Source: Squalus acanthias (lineage: Eukaryota). From it: DNA of 64,000 bases. The position numbers and the translations under genes were made by a program. Positions 13,049 to 26,025 of this stretch are shown in pieces. The notes under the pieces are model-generated. The model saw only the letters and a list, made by a program, of their open reading frames with translations, was not told the origin of the DNA and searched no databases. The stretch covers positions 30,878,001 through 30,942,000 of the forward strand of contig CM059433.1 in the NCBI GenBank assembly GCA_030390025.1. The letters run 5' to 3'. Every line of letters begins with the position of its first letter. Position 1 is the stretch's first letter.

Positions 13049-15161
13049 CGGCTAAAAATTCGTGTTAGCCAAGAAAGTTGCTGGTGTCACTGGCATCTGG
13101 AATTAACGGCCACCAAAAATGTCCGCCACACTACCGGGTAAATTCATCTGGGGGGCTGGAGAATGGTGGCGCAGCGCTTACCTTGCATGCAACGCCCTCC
13201 TGGTGGCGTTAGTGGAGATCTCCGAGACGAAGTATCCGTCTTGAAGTACAGTTCGAGCTTCGCACAGCTTCTGGGAGCTCGGCTGTGGAGCTCGCAAGGA
13301 ATTGTGGGTACTTAAAAGGGCTATGAATTAAAGGGGCAATGCAGTCAGAAGCAATACAAATTAAAATGCAGTTAAAAAATGAAGTTTTCAGCCCTTAATG
13401 TCTTTCAAAAAAAATTTAACATTAAAAAGAATTCCCAAATGGGTTTATTCAGCTCTTAAAGCTGAATTCCTTTCCGAACCTCAGTAAATGGGAAAAGTGC
13501 TTCAGCACTAACACAAAATGCTCAGCAAGTCCGGGAAGGGGCACACAGGGTCTCGCACACAGCACTCCAGTTTTCTGCAGGGGGTCAACACTACAAGACA
13601 GGCCCTCTACCCACAGGGGCCAGGAGGCCCTCCAGAAAGAATGATGTGGGAGTACATCACCGAGGCTGTCACTGCCAGCAGTGTTGCCCCCACCACCTGG
13701 CTCCAGTGCTCATATAAGCTTCCTGACCTCAGACCAGTGGTCAAGGTCAGTGAATGCATCTTCAAAAGCCATCTCCTACCAACTGCACCATTAGTCTCAC
13801 ACACTGCTCAATCCATGACCCCCACCCCAATCACTCACCTACCAACAAACTGCACCAGTCATAAGGCATATCTCCCATTCCTAGCTTCACCTCACCCCCT
13901 TGGAGGAGACGGTGCTGCCATTCTTGGCAGGGGCATGGCTGAGCCCTTGGCCAGCGATGGGGCTGAAAGGATACAAGATGCTAGAATCCTCAAACGTTAT
14001 CCTCATTCTCACATGCATCTCTTGCTTTCCTGCCCTCCCATCAACACAACTTCACCCTTGTGCCTTCCTCATTTCAAACACCAAAGAAATGCAGCCTGCC
14101 CAGCCAGTGGGTGACCAAGGAGAGGGAGAGGAGAGAGAAGAAGAAGAAGATGATTGATTTGACACTCCCAACCACCAGCTCCTCAAGGTCAACCAGCAAG
14201 ACCATTTGCAGTGTCCCCCACTGAAAGTCAGCAGCCTTCCACCAGCCATGCTGCAGCCACTGGGGTAGCACTACGTGATATCAGTAGAATAGGCAAAGGC
14301 ACACACAAGACAGTCACTAAGAGAATGCATAAGGGTGATGAGTTGATTTCTTGATGTCATATTGGATGGATAGATGTATAAAGTTGGATTGGAAAGTTTG
14401 CTTTGTGGTGGCTTTTATTTCAGCATTGTGACCAAGAGGACGCTGTGATGGTCAGTAACAGAGAGAAGGTAAGGTGTGGGAAAAATGTTGAAAGGGGAAT
14501 TGAGGATGTGGTCACTGGTACCGCAAGTGGCTGATTCCATTCCGGATGTCCCAGCCAGAAAAGGGGCTGTCTGGGTTGCATTTTCCTTCTGCTTACTCCT
14601 CTTTGGCTTCTTACTCTTCTGTGTCTTCCTCTTCCCTCTCCGAAGGAATGCTGTAACTCTGAAATTACAGCATAAAATTCTAGAAATACTCAACAGATCA
14701 GGCAGTATCTCAACCTGAGACTTGAACTCTGTTTCTCTCTCCAAGGATGTTGCCTGACCTGCTGAGTATTTCCATAATTTGCTGTCTTCTCAGAGGCCTT
14801 CCTTTACCATCTGAAGCCTTGCAAGCGTCTAGCAGCACTCCCAACACACTTAAAAAACTTTGAACATTTATTGCCGCAAGCCACTACTTCAATAAAATTA
14901 AAAAAATGTCCAAAAGCTTAATTGCAAACTTACCTGAAGGATGTGTGAGTCCCTTTAAGAGGTGCTGACATTACCACTGACAGCCTGCTTGCACGCCATT
15001 TTTTCTTTCACGGCGCTTATAGTTACCGGCAGCGCAAAGAGAGACATAAATATGGCGGCCACCACGGGACCCGGCACCAGCTGACGAAAGAGCTGCAGCC
15101 GCCATTTTATCGTCATTTCATGGCACTACAGAGTGGCGCTCAACACATGAACTTCTAGCCC
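13049..15161 (+). mobile_element. Degenerate internally deleted Harbinger element with a Myb/SANT remnant
   Basis: Termini cggctaaaaattcgtgt and acatgaacttctagccc are imperfect inverted repeats. The remnant WEYITEAVTASSVAPTTWLQCSYKLPDL...KV (13647-13750) parallels the RTWLQC exon end of the other Harbingers. Confidence 0.65.
14645..14794. mobile_element. Inverted pair of Penelope pLTR fragments
   Basis: The left arm is the reverse complement of gatgctgcctgacctgctgagtatttccagcattttctg...ttcag. The right arm is the direct copy of the same pLTR seen at 56120-56230. Confidence 0.7.
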
Positions 15162-15474
15162 TATGAATCTAAGTGGCATTAATCTAGTACAAAATTGGAT
15201 ATTTCTTGTAAGAGAAACATTTCAAATTTAGCACTGTTGTATCAACAGGTTACGAAAGATATTACATCCATTTCAGCTGTCAATGGCAGCACAGTTTGTA
15301 CAGGATCAATACCGCATACAATTTTTAGAAATTACTTTGCAAAAAATATCAAAGGTTCAAATCCATCAAATAAAATAACTTATCAAATAAAGAACAGATC
15401 ACGGATGTCAACAATTTTGCTATGAAGCCAAGTGTTGTTTAAAAAGCTATTCTGAACATTCCTGAAGCCTTAGG

Positions 15475-15660
15475 AGCGTTAGAGGGGGAATTCAAGAGCT
15501 TAGGGCCTAGACACCTGAAGGCATGGCTGCCTATGGTGGGGCGAAGGAAATCGGCAAAATTGGAGGAGCGCAGAGATCTTGGCAGGTTGTAGGACTGGAG
15601 GAGGTTACAGAAATATAGAGGGGGCGAGGCCATGGAGGGATTTGAAGACAAGGATGAGAG
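15475..15660 (-). mobile_element. L2 LINE 3' fragment
   Basis: Minus-strand AFRCLGPKLLNS motif shared with the fragments at 45105-45450 and 49065-49433. Confidence 0.7.
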
Positions 15661-15956
15661 TTGGTGGACCGAGAGCTAATGTAACAAAATCAATTCTATG
15701 GATAAAAGTTTCTATCGGGCGGTCACTGCCCTGTTACTGTAAAATTAATGATAAATTCTGCAGCAAAAGTGAGTGCCGGTTATGTTCAGCCACATTTTAT
15801 TGACTGCTAAACTTTACTGTCATTTTTGTGCTAATCAAGCACTAGTGGGTCACCTGTGGCATTGCTCCTGGTACGTTGGATGACGTGCTGTTTTACAATG
15901 AAGGGAGCATTAAACTTGTAACATAAAATGCTTTACGGACATAAGAATGTAATAAT

Positions 15957-16700
15957 GGCCCAAAAATTAGACCTAATACGCGAGAGTACGCATTGTGTAC
16001 TCTCACGTTTTAGGTCTCCAATTGCCGGTTTCCAGCATGCACTGCGCATGCGCGGGAAACCGGCACTTCGTGAATTCAAAAGGGGGCGGTTCCTAAGTGA
16101 ACTGCGTGCGCGCTACAGGCTGCGCGCACGCAGTGCACTTAGTGCTTTGAAAGCGCAGGTAAGCATGGAAGATTTTACACATAAAGAAAGGAGGCGTAAG
16201 ACCCTCTTTTAACAAGGTAAGTAGTTAATTAAGTATTATTTAAAAAAAATTTCAACAGGTTTATCTTTTTTAGAGACTTTAAAGAAAGGTAAGTTTATTT
16301 TTATAACTTTTAAAAAGATTTACAATTTTTTCAAAAATTTATTTTTTGTTTAAAGTGGTTAATTTATTTAACTATACTTATTTTATTAATGTGATGGCTT
16401 TTTTAAAAAATTTAATTGAGGTTTAGCTGTTCTTTTGGGGGGGTATAGTATTCATAGCTTTGACAGCCCTTGCTGTCAAAACTATGAATGAAAGATGGTG
16501 TGCTGCCATTGGCTCTAACTGAATCACGTGATCCCAGAGCTCGCACAAACTAATTGCATCTCTGGGTCACGCAAGCACTGCACAGCTGCAGCCTTGAAAC
16601 TAAAGTTCGCGTGGGCCCAGAGGAAAAAGGTAGGCGCGGAGTGAGATATCGCGGGGAAGCCTTACCCCTGCGTGAACACTCAGTCTTTAATTTCTGGGCC
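15957..16700. mobile_element. Harbinger-type MITE
   Basis: TIRs ggcccaaaaatta and taatttctgggcc, with CpG-rich ends and an AT-rich core like the element at 3913-4964. Confidence 0.7.
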
Positions 16701-16794
16701 ATTATAATTTTCTGGCTTACTTAAGGCATCACATTTTAGGTGTTACTTTATTCCATTTGCAAATTTTGTGTCTTACTTCTATATACTCCTAAAG

Positions 16795-17490
16795 GGGGTG
16801 CATGAACAGAGAGACCTGGGGGTATATGTGCACAAATCGTTGAAGGTGGCAGGGCAGGTTAAGTAAGTGGCTAATAAAGCATACAGGATCCTGGGCTTCA
16901 TAAATAGAGGGCATAGGGTACAAAAGCAAGGAAGTGATGATGAACCTTTTTAAAACAATGGTTCGGCCTCAACTGGAGTCCAATTCTGGGCACCGCACTT
17001 TAGGAAGGAAGTGAAGGCCTTAGAGAGGGCGCAGAAAAGATTTAGGAGAATGATGCCAGGGATGAGGGACTTCAGTTACGTGGATAGACTGGAGAAGCTG
17101 CTCCTTAGAGCAGAGAAGGTTAAGAGGAGATTTGCTAGAGGTGTTCAAAATCATGAGGGGTCTAGACAGAGTAGATAGAGAGAAACTGTTCCCATTGGCG
17201 GAAGGGTCGAGAACCAGAGGACACAGATTTAAGGTGATTGGCAAAAGAACCAAAGGCGACATGAGGAAAACTTTTTTACGCAGCGAGTGGTTATGATCTG
17301 GAAAGCACTGCCTGAAAGGATGGTGGGGGCAGATTCAATCGTGGCTTTCAAAAGGGAGTTGGATAAGTACCTGAAGGATAAAAATTTGCAGGGCTACGCA
17401 GATAGGGTGGGGGTGTGGGACTAGCTGAAGTGCTGGCATGGGCTCGACGGGCCAAATGGCCTCCTGTGCTGTAATCATTCTATGATTCTA
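16795..17490 (+). mobile_element. 5'-truncated CR1
   Basis: RT C-terminal motifs, a 3' UTR and an (attctatg)2-like tail. Confidence 0.88.
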
Positions 17491-17493
17491 TAC

Positions 17494-18065
17494 ATCATAG
17501 AATCACACAGCACAGAAGGAGGCCATTCGGCCCATCATGTCTGTGCTGGCTCTTTGAAAGAGCTATCAAATTAGTCCCAATTCCTCCGCTCTTTCCCCAT
17601 AGCCCACCACATTTTTCCCCTTCAAGTACTTATCCAATTCCCTTTTGACGTTACCACTGAAGCTGCTTCCACCACCCTTTCAGGCAGTGCATTGCAGATC
17701 ATAACAACAGACGGTGTAAAAAAAATTTCTTCATCACCCCTCTGGCTCTTTTGCTAATTATCTTAATTCTGTGTCCTCTGGTTACCGACCCTCCTGCCAG
17801 TGGAAACAGTTTCTCCCCATTTACTCTATCAAAACCCCTCATGATTTTGAACACTTCAATTAAATCTCCCTTTACCTTCTTAGCTCTAAGGAGAACAACC
17901 CCAGCTTCTCGAGTCTCTCCACACATCTGAACTTCTGCCTCCCTGGTACCATTCTGGTAAATTTCCTCTGCACCCTCTCCAAGGCCTTGATATCCTTCCT
18001 AAAGTGCGGTGCCCAGAATTGAACACAATACTCTGGCCAATAATTCAGAAAGATTTAGCATAACT
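17494..18065 (-). mobile_element. 5'-truncated CR1, tail-to-tail with the previous copy
   Basis: ORF 17699-17926 reads GDLIEVFKIMRGFDRV. The tail is at ~17494-17505. Confidence 0.88.
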
Positions 18066-18882
18066 TCTTGAACTTGTTATCAGTTCGACCAGACGAATGG
18101 GCCTCTTCTCACTGCTGGCTCGAAGTATCTCTGATCCAAAAACATGTTGGCACTTGCAACACACTGAGTGAGTGTGGGTCTACGCACTGTGGTATGATAA
18201 TTGTATCAAAACTCTCACACTGGAGCAGTAGAGGGCGCTCTAAGGCTAATTTTATGGAGCATTGTTTGAATCTACAAAATATATTTACGACCTACAACTA
18301 AACCAGGGCACTCCCAGGCCTGGAATTACTCAATCTTGAAAGACCTGAATAAGCAAAGTCCATGGCTCAAAATTTAACTCCCAACCTCCAAATATACATT
18401 TGATTTTAAACATTAAAAATGGTACAGGATATGCTTGGCTTACAGTAGGTAAGGATTCAACTTCACTGTGAAGGATTCAAGTATCATAGAACACAAGTTA
18501 AAAATTGAGGAGTTAGCAATTAAAAAGGGGCAGTGCAATGATTTCTTGGATGTTTTGTATCTGACACAATGGCCGAGAAATTCGATGGCATTGCGCACGT
18601 TTTTCAGGCGCAAATTGGGGGCCAACGTATCCAATATGGCGGGAGGAGGCGTGCGCTCATCACAAGCTGGACGGGCGCTGCTGGCATATTGGTAAAGGAA
18701 GAAAAAGGGGCGGCCAGGGCACGCACCTGAAACAGGGGTTAACTCCCTTGCATAGGCAAATAGGGCGCAGACCGCTTGTTTGAGGTCCTTTTGGTAAAAT
18801 TGGGCTGCCCTGAACGCAGACGGAGCCGGGTCGGCTATGTTCAGGAAACCCAGGTCTACACGCGGCCTAACCTACGTTTATT

Positions 18883-19032
18883 AAAGTGAGAAGTCGCACA
18901 ACACCAGGTTATAGTCCAACAGCTTTATTTGAAATCACAAGCTTTCAAATAAAGCTGTTGGACTATAACCTGGTGTTGCGCGACTTCTCACTTTTGTCCA
19001 CCCCAGTCCAACACTGGCATCTCCGCATCATG
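18883..19032. mobile_element. Short Penelope-type insertion with a 52-bp inverted repeat and a 13-nt TSD
   Basis: Arms at 18883-18934 and 18943-18994 with one mismatch and loop tcacaagc. TACGTTTATTAAA is duplicated at 18873-18885 and 19033-19045. The Penelope assignment is by architecture and recalled similarity. Confidence 0.75.
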
Positions 19033-19107
19033 TACGTTTATTAAAACATATTACCCAGCAGCTGCAGGAATTCTTTTCCCGATTCCACTGAAGTTTAGAA
19101 CACTGAT

Positions 19108-22100
19108 CCAATCACTGCCCCCCCCGAGAGCATCAAATCCAATCACTGTCCCCCCCCCGAGAGCATCAAATCCAATCACTGCCCCCCCCGGGAGCATCAA
19201 ATCCAATCACTGCCCCCCCCGAGAGCATCAAATCCAATCACTGTCCCCCCCGAGAGCACCAAATCCAATCACTGTCCCCCCCGAGAGCATCAAATCCAAT
19301 CACTGCCCCCCCCCGAGAGCACCAAATCCAATCACTGCCCCCCCCCGAGAGCATCAAATCCAATCACTGCCCCCCCCCGTGAGCACCAAATCCAATCACT
19401 GCCCCCCCCCCGAGAGCATCAAACCAATCACTGCCCCTTCCAACTCCCGATCCACCCGCTCCAACTCCGATCCCCCCGCTCCAACTCCCGATCGCCCCGC
19501 TCCAACTCCCGATCGCCAGGCTCCAACTCCCGATCCCCCGCTCCAACTCCCGATCCCCCGCTCCAACTCCCGATCCCCCCGCTCCAACTCCCGATCCCCC
19601 CGCTCCAACTCCCGATCCCCCCGCTCCAACTCCCGATCCCCCCGCTCCAACTCCCGATCCCCCGCTCCAACTCCCGATCCCCCCGCTCCAACTCCCGATC
19701 CCCCGCTCCAACTCCCCATCGCCCCGCTCCAACTCCCGAAGGCCTGCTCCAACTCTCGATCGCCCCGCAACAACTACAAATCACTGCCCCTCCCTCACCC
19801 GATCACTGCCCCTCCCCCTTCCGATCACTGCCCTTTCCCTCTCCCGATCACTGCCCCCTCCCTCTCCCGATCACTGCCCTCTCCCTCTCCCGATCACTGC
19901 CCCCTCCCTCTCCCAATCACAGCCCCCTCCCTCTTCCGATCACTGTCCCTCCCTCTTCCGATCACTGTCCCCTCCCTCTTCCGATCACTGCCCCCTCCCT
20001 CTCCCGATCACTGCCCTCTCCCTCTCCCGATCACTGCCCTTCCCTCTCCCGATCACTGCCCCTTCCCTCTCCCGATCACTGCCCCCTCCCTCTCCCGATC
20101 ACTGCCCTCACCCTCTCCCGATCACTGCCCCTCTCTCCCTATCACTGCCCTCTCCCTCTCCTGATCACTGCCCCTTCCCTCTCCCGATCACTGCCCTCTC
20201 CCTCTCCCGATCACTGCCCCCTCCCTCTCCCGATCACTGCCCCTCTCTCTCCCTATCACTGCCCTCTCCCTCTCCTGATCACTGCCCCTTCCCTCTCCCG
20301 ATCACTGCCCCTCCCTCTCCCGATCACTGCCCCTCCCTCTCCCGATCACTGCCCTCTCCCTCTCCCGATCACTGCCCTCTCCCTCTCCCGATCACTGCCC
20401 CCTCCCTCTCCCGATTACTGCCCTCTCCCTCTCCCGATCACTGCCCTCTCCCTCTCCCGATCACTGCCCCTCCCTCTCCGATCACTGCCCCTCCCTCTCC
20501 CGATCACTGCCCCCTCCCTCTCCCGATCACTGCCCCTCCCTCTCCCAATCACTGCCCCTCCCTCTCCCGATCACTGCCCCTCCCTCTCCCGATCACTGCC
20601 CTCTCCCTCTCCCGATCACTGCCCCTCCCTCTCCAGATCACTGCCCCTTCCCTCTCCCGATCACTGCCCCTCCCTCTCCCGATCACTGCTGCCTCCCTCT
20701 TCCGATCACTGCCCCTCCCTCTCCCGATCACTGCCCCCTCCTCTCCCGATCACTGCCCCTCCCTCTCCCGATCACTGCCCCCTCCCTCTCCCGATCACTG
20801 CCCCCTTCCTCTCCCGATCACTGCCCCTTCCCTCTCCCGATCACTGCCCCTTCCCTCTCCCGATCACTGCTGCCTCCCTCTCCCGATCACTGCCCCTTCC
20901 CTCTCCCGATCACTGCCCCCTCCCTCTCCCGATCACTGCCCCTCCCTCTCCCGATCACTGCCCCTCCCTCTCCCGATCACTGCTGCCCTCCTCTCCCGAT
21001 CACTGCCCCTCCCTCTCCCGATCACTGCCCCTCCCTCTCCCGATCACTGCCCTCTCCCTCTCCCGATCACTGCCCCTTCCCTCTCCCGATCACTGCCCTC
21101 CCTCTCCCGATCACTGCCCTCTCCCTCTCAGATCACTGCCCTTTCCTCTCCCGATCACTGCTGCCTCCCTCTCCCGATCACTGCCCTCTCCCTCTCCCGA
21201 TCACTGCCCTTTCCCTCTCCCGATCACTGCCCCTTCCCTCTCCCGATCACTGCCCCTCCCTCTCCGATCACTGCCCCCTCCCTCTCCCGATCACTGCCCT
21301 TCCCTCTCCCGATCACTGCCCCTCCCTCTCCCGATCACTGCCCCCTCCCTCTCCCGATCACTGCCCCTTCCCTCTCCCGATCACTGCCCTTTCCCTCTCC
21401 CGATCACTGCCCCTTCCCTCTCCCGATCACTGCCCGTCCCTCTCCCGATCACTGCCCTCTCCCTCTCCCGATCACTGCCCTCTCCCTCTCAGATCACTGC
21501 CCTTTCCTCTCCCGATCACTGCTGCCTCCCTCTCCCGATCACTGCCCCTCCCTCTCCCGATCACTGCCCCTTCCCTCTCCCATCACTGCCCCTCCCTCTC
21601 CCGATCACTGCCCCTCCCTCTCAGATCACTGCCCCTCCCTCTCCCGATCACTGCCCCTTCCCTCTCCCGATCACTGCCGCCTCCCTCTCCCGATCACTGC
21701 CCCTCCCTCTCCCGATCACTGCCCTCTCCCTCTCCCGATCACTGCCCCTCCCTCTCCCGATCACTGCCCTCTCCCTCTCCCGATCACTGCCCCTCCCTCT
21801 CCCGATCACTGCCCCTCCCTCTCCCGATCACTGCCCCTCCCTCTCCCGATCACTGCCCCTCCCTCTCCCGATCACTGCCCCTCCCTCTCCCGATCACTGC
21901 CCCTCCCTCTCCCGATCACTGCCCTCCCTCTCCCGATCACTGCCCCTCCCTCTCCCGATCACTGCCCCTCCCTCTCCCGATCACTGCCCCCTCCCTCTCC
22001 CGATCACTGCCCCTCCCTCTCCCGATCACTGCCCCTCCCTCTCCCGATCACTGCCCCCTCCCTCTCCCGATCACTGCCCCTTCCCTCTCCCGATCACTGC

Positions 22101-25100
22101 CCTTTCCCTCTCCCGATCACTGCCCCTCCCTCTCCCGATCACTGCCCGTCCCTCTCCCGATCACTGCCCTCTCCCTCTCCCGATCACTGCCCTCTCCCTC
22201 TCAGATCACTGCCCTTTCCTCTCCCGATCACTGCTGCCTCCCTCTCCCGATCACTGCCCTCTCCCTCTCCCGATCACTGCCCTTTCCCTCTCCCAATCAC
22301 TGCCCTCTCCCTCTCCCGATCACTGCCCTCTCCCTCTCAGATCACTGCCCTCTCCCTCTCCCGATCACTGCCCCTTCCCTCTCCGATCACTGCCGCCTCC
22401 CTCTCCCGATCACTGCCCTCTCCCTCTCCCGATCACTGCCCTCTCCCTCTCCCGATCACTGCCCCTCCCTCTCCCGATCACTGCCCTCTCCCTCTCCCGA
22501 TCACTGCCCCTTCCCTCTCCCGATCACTGCCCCTCCCTCTCCCGATCACTGCCCTCTCCCTCTCAGATCACTGCCCTTTCCTCTCCCGATCACTGCTGCC
22601 TCCCTCTCCCGATCACTGCCCTCTCCCTCTCCCGATCACTGCCCTTTCCCTCTCCCGATCACTGCCCCCTCCCTCTCCAATCACAGCCCCCTCCCTCTTC
22701 CGATCACTGTCCCCTCCCTCTTCCGATCACTGTCCCCTCCCTCTTCCGATCACTGCCCCCTCCCTCTCCCGATCACTGCCCTCTCCCTCTCCCGATCACT
22801 GCCCCTTCCCTCTCCCGATCACTGCCCCTTCCCTCTCCCGATCACTGCCCCCTCCCTCTCCCGATCACTGCCCCTCACCCTCTCCCGATCACTGCCCCTC
22901 TCTCTCCCTATCACTGCCCTCTCCCTCTCCTGATCACTGCCCCTTCCCTCTCCCGATCACTGCCCTCTCCCTCTCCCGATCACTGCCCCCTCCCTCTCCC
23001 GATCACTGCCCCTCTCTCTCCCTATCACTGCCCTCTCCCTCTCCCGATCACTGCCCCTCCCTCTCCCGATCACTGCCCCTCCCTCTCCCGATCACTGCCC
23101 CTCCCTCTCCCGATCACTGCCCCTCCCTCTCCCGATCACTGCCTCCTCCCTCTCCCGATTCACTGCCCCTCCCTCTCCCGATCACTGCCCCTCCCTCTCC
23201 CGATCACTGCCCTCTCCCTCTCCCGATCACTGCCCCTCCTCTCTCCTGATCACTGCCCCTCCCTCTCCCGATCACTGCCCCTCCCTCTCCCGATCACTGC
23301 CCCTCCCTCTCCCGATCACTGCCCCTCCTCTCCCGATCACTGCCCCTCCCTCTCCCGATCACTGCCCCTCCCTCTCCCGATCACTGCCCTCTCCCTCTCC
23401 CGATCACTGCCCCCTCCCTCTCCCGATCACTGCCCCTTCCCTCTCCCGATCACTGCTCCTCCCTCTCCGATCACTGCCCCTCCCTCTCCCGATCACTGCC
23501 CCTCCTCTCCCGATCACTGCCCCTCCCTCTCCCGATCACTGCCCCCTCCCTCTCCCGATCACTGCCCCTTCCTCTCCCGATCACTGCCCCTTCCCTCTCC
23601 CGATCACTGCCCCTTTCCTCTCCCGATCACTGCTGCCTCCCTCTCCCGATCACTGCCCCTTTCCTCTCCCGATCACTGCCCCCTCCCTCTCCCGATCACT
23701 GCCCCTTCCCTCTCCCGATCACTGCCCCTTTCCTCTCCCGATCACTGCTGCCTCCCTCTCCCGATCACTGCCCTCTCCCTCTCCCGATCACTGCCCCTCC
23801 CTCTCCCGATCACTGCCCTCTCCCTCTCCCGATCACTGCCCCTTCCCTCTCCCGATCACTGCCCCTCCCTCTCCCGATCACTGCCCTCTCCCTCTCAGAT
23901 CACTGCCCTTTCCTCTCCCGATCACTGCTGCCTCCCTCTCCCGATCACTGCCCTCTCCCTCTCCCGATCACTGCCCTTTCCCTCTCCCGATCACTGCCCC
24001 TTCCCTCTCCCGATCACTGCCCCTCCCTCTCCCGATCACTGCCCCTCCCTCTCCCGATCACTGCCCCTCCCTCTCCCGATCACTGCCCCTCCCTCTCCCG
24101 ATCACTGCCCCTCCCTCTCCCGATCACTGCCCCTCCCTCTCCCGATCACTGCCCTCCCTCTCCCGATCACTGCCCCTCCCTCTCCCGATCACTGCCCCGT
24201 CCCTCTCCCGATCACTGCCCTCTCCCTCTCCCGATCACTGCCCTCTCCCTCTCCGATCACTGCCCCTCCCTCTCCCGATCACTGCCCCTCCCTCTCCCGA
24301 TCACTGCCCTCTCCCTCTCCCGATCACTGCCCCTCCCTCTCCCGATCACTGCCCCTCCCTCTCCCGATCACTGCCCTCTCCCTCTCCCGATCACTGCCCT
24401 CTCCCTCTCCCGATCACTGCCCCTCCCTCTCCCGATCACTGCCGCCTCCCTCTCCCGATCACTGCCCTCTCCCTCTCCCGATCACTGCCCCTCCCTCTCC
24501 CGATCACTGCCCCTCCCTCTCCCGATCACTGCCCTCTCCCTCTCCCGATCACTGCCCCTTCCCTCTCCCGATCACTGCCCCTCCCTCTCCCGATCACTGC
24601 CCTCTCCCTCTCAGATCACTGCCCTTTCCTCTCCCGATCACTGCTGCCTCCCTCTCCCGATCACTGCCCTCTCCCTCTCCCGATCACTGCCCTTTCCCTC
24701 TCCCGATCACTGCCCCTTCCCTCTCCCGATCACTGCCCCTCCCTCTCCCGATCACTGCCCCTCCCTCTCCCGATCACTGCCCCTTCCCTCTCCCGATCAC
24801 TGCCCCTCCCTCTCCCGATCACTGCCCCCTCCCTCTCCCGATCACTGCCCCTTCCCTCTCCCGATCACTGCCCTTTCCCTCTCCCGATCACTGCCCCTTC
24901 CCTCTCCCGATCACTGCCCGTCCCTCTCCCGATCACTGCCCTCTCCCTCTCCCGATCACTGCCCTCTCCCTCTCAGATCACTGCCCTTTCCTCTCCCGAT
25001 CACTGCTGCCTCCCTCTCCCGATCACTGCCCTCTCCCTCTCCCGATCACTGCCCTTCCCTCTCCCAATCACTGCCCTCTCCCTCTCCCGATCACTGCCCT

Positions 25101-26025
25101 CTCCCTCTCAGATCACTGCCCTCTCCCTCTCCCGATCACTGCCCCTTCCCTCTCCCGATCACTGCCGCCTCCCTCTCCCGATCACTGCCCTCTCCCTCTC
25201 CCGATCACTGCCCTCTCCCTCTCCCGATCACTGCCCCTCCCTCTCCCGATCTCTGCCCTCTCCCTCTCCGATCACTGCCCCTTCCCTCTCCCGATCACTG
25301 CCCCTCCCTCTCCCGATCACTGCCCTCTCCCTCTCAGATCACTGCCCTTTCCTCTCCCGATCACTGCTGCCTCCCTCTCCCGATCACTGCCCTCTCCCTC
25401 TCCCGATCACTGCCCTTTCCCTCTCCCGATCACTGCCCCTTCCCTCTCCCGATCACTGCCCCTCCCTCTCCCGATCACTGCCCCCTCCCTCTCCCGATCA
25501 CTGCCCCTTCCCTCTCCCGATCACTGCCCCTCCCTCTCCCGATCACTGCCCCCTCCCTCTCCCGATCACTGCCCCTTCCCTCTCCCGATCACTGCCCTTT
25601 CCCTCTCCCGATCACTGCCCCTTCCCTCTCCCGATCACTGCCCGTCCCTCTCCCGATCACTGCCCTCTCCCTCTCCCGATCACTGCCCTCTCCCTCTCAG
25701 ATCACTGCCCTTTCCTCTCCCGATCACTGCTGCCTCCCTCTCCCGATCACTGCCCTCTCCCTCTCCCGATCACTGCCCTTTCCCTCTCCCAATCACTGCC
25801 CTCTCCCTCTCCCGATCACTGCCCTCTCCCTCTCAGATCACTGCCCTCTCCCTCTCCCGATCACTGCCCCTTCCCTCTCCCGATCACTGCCGCCTCCCTC
25901 TCCCGATCACTGCCCTCTCCCTCTCCCGATCACTGCCCTCTCCCTCTCCCGATCACTGCCCTCTCCCTCTCCCGATCACTGCCCCCTCCCTCTCCCGATC
26001 ACTGCCCTCTCCCTCTCAGATCACC
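19108..26025. repeat. Compound C-rich minisatellite of about 6.9 kb with three related unit types
   Basis: ~30-nt AAATCCAATCACTGCCCCCCCGAGAGCATC units (19108-19435), then ~20-21-nt CTCCAACTCCCGATCCCCCG units (19440-19770), then 21-22-nt CCGATCACTGCCCCTCCCTCTC units (19780-26025). Confidence 0.97.

Noticed and set aside
19364..20731. Pro/Gly-rich ORFs on both strands
   Set aside because: They are translations of the minisatellite and have no coding evidence.
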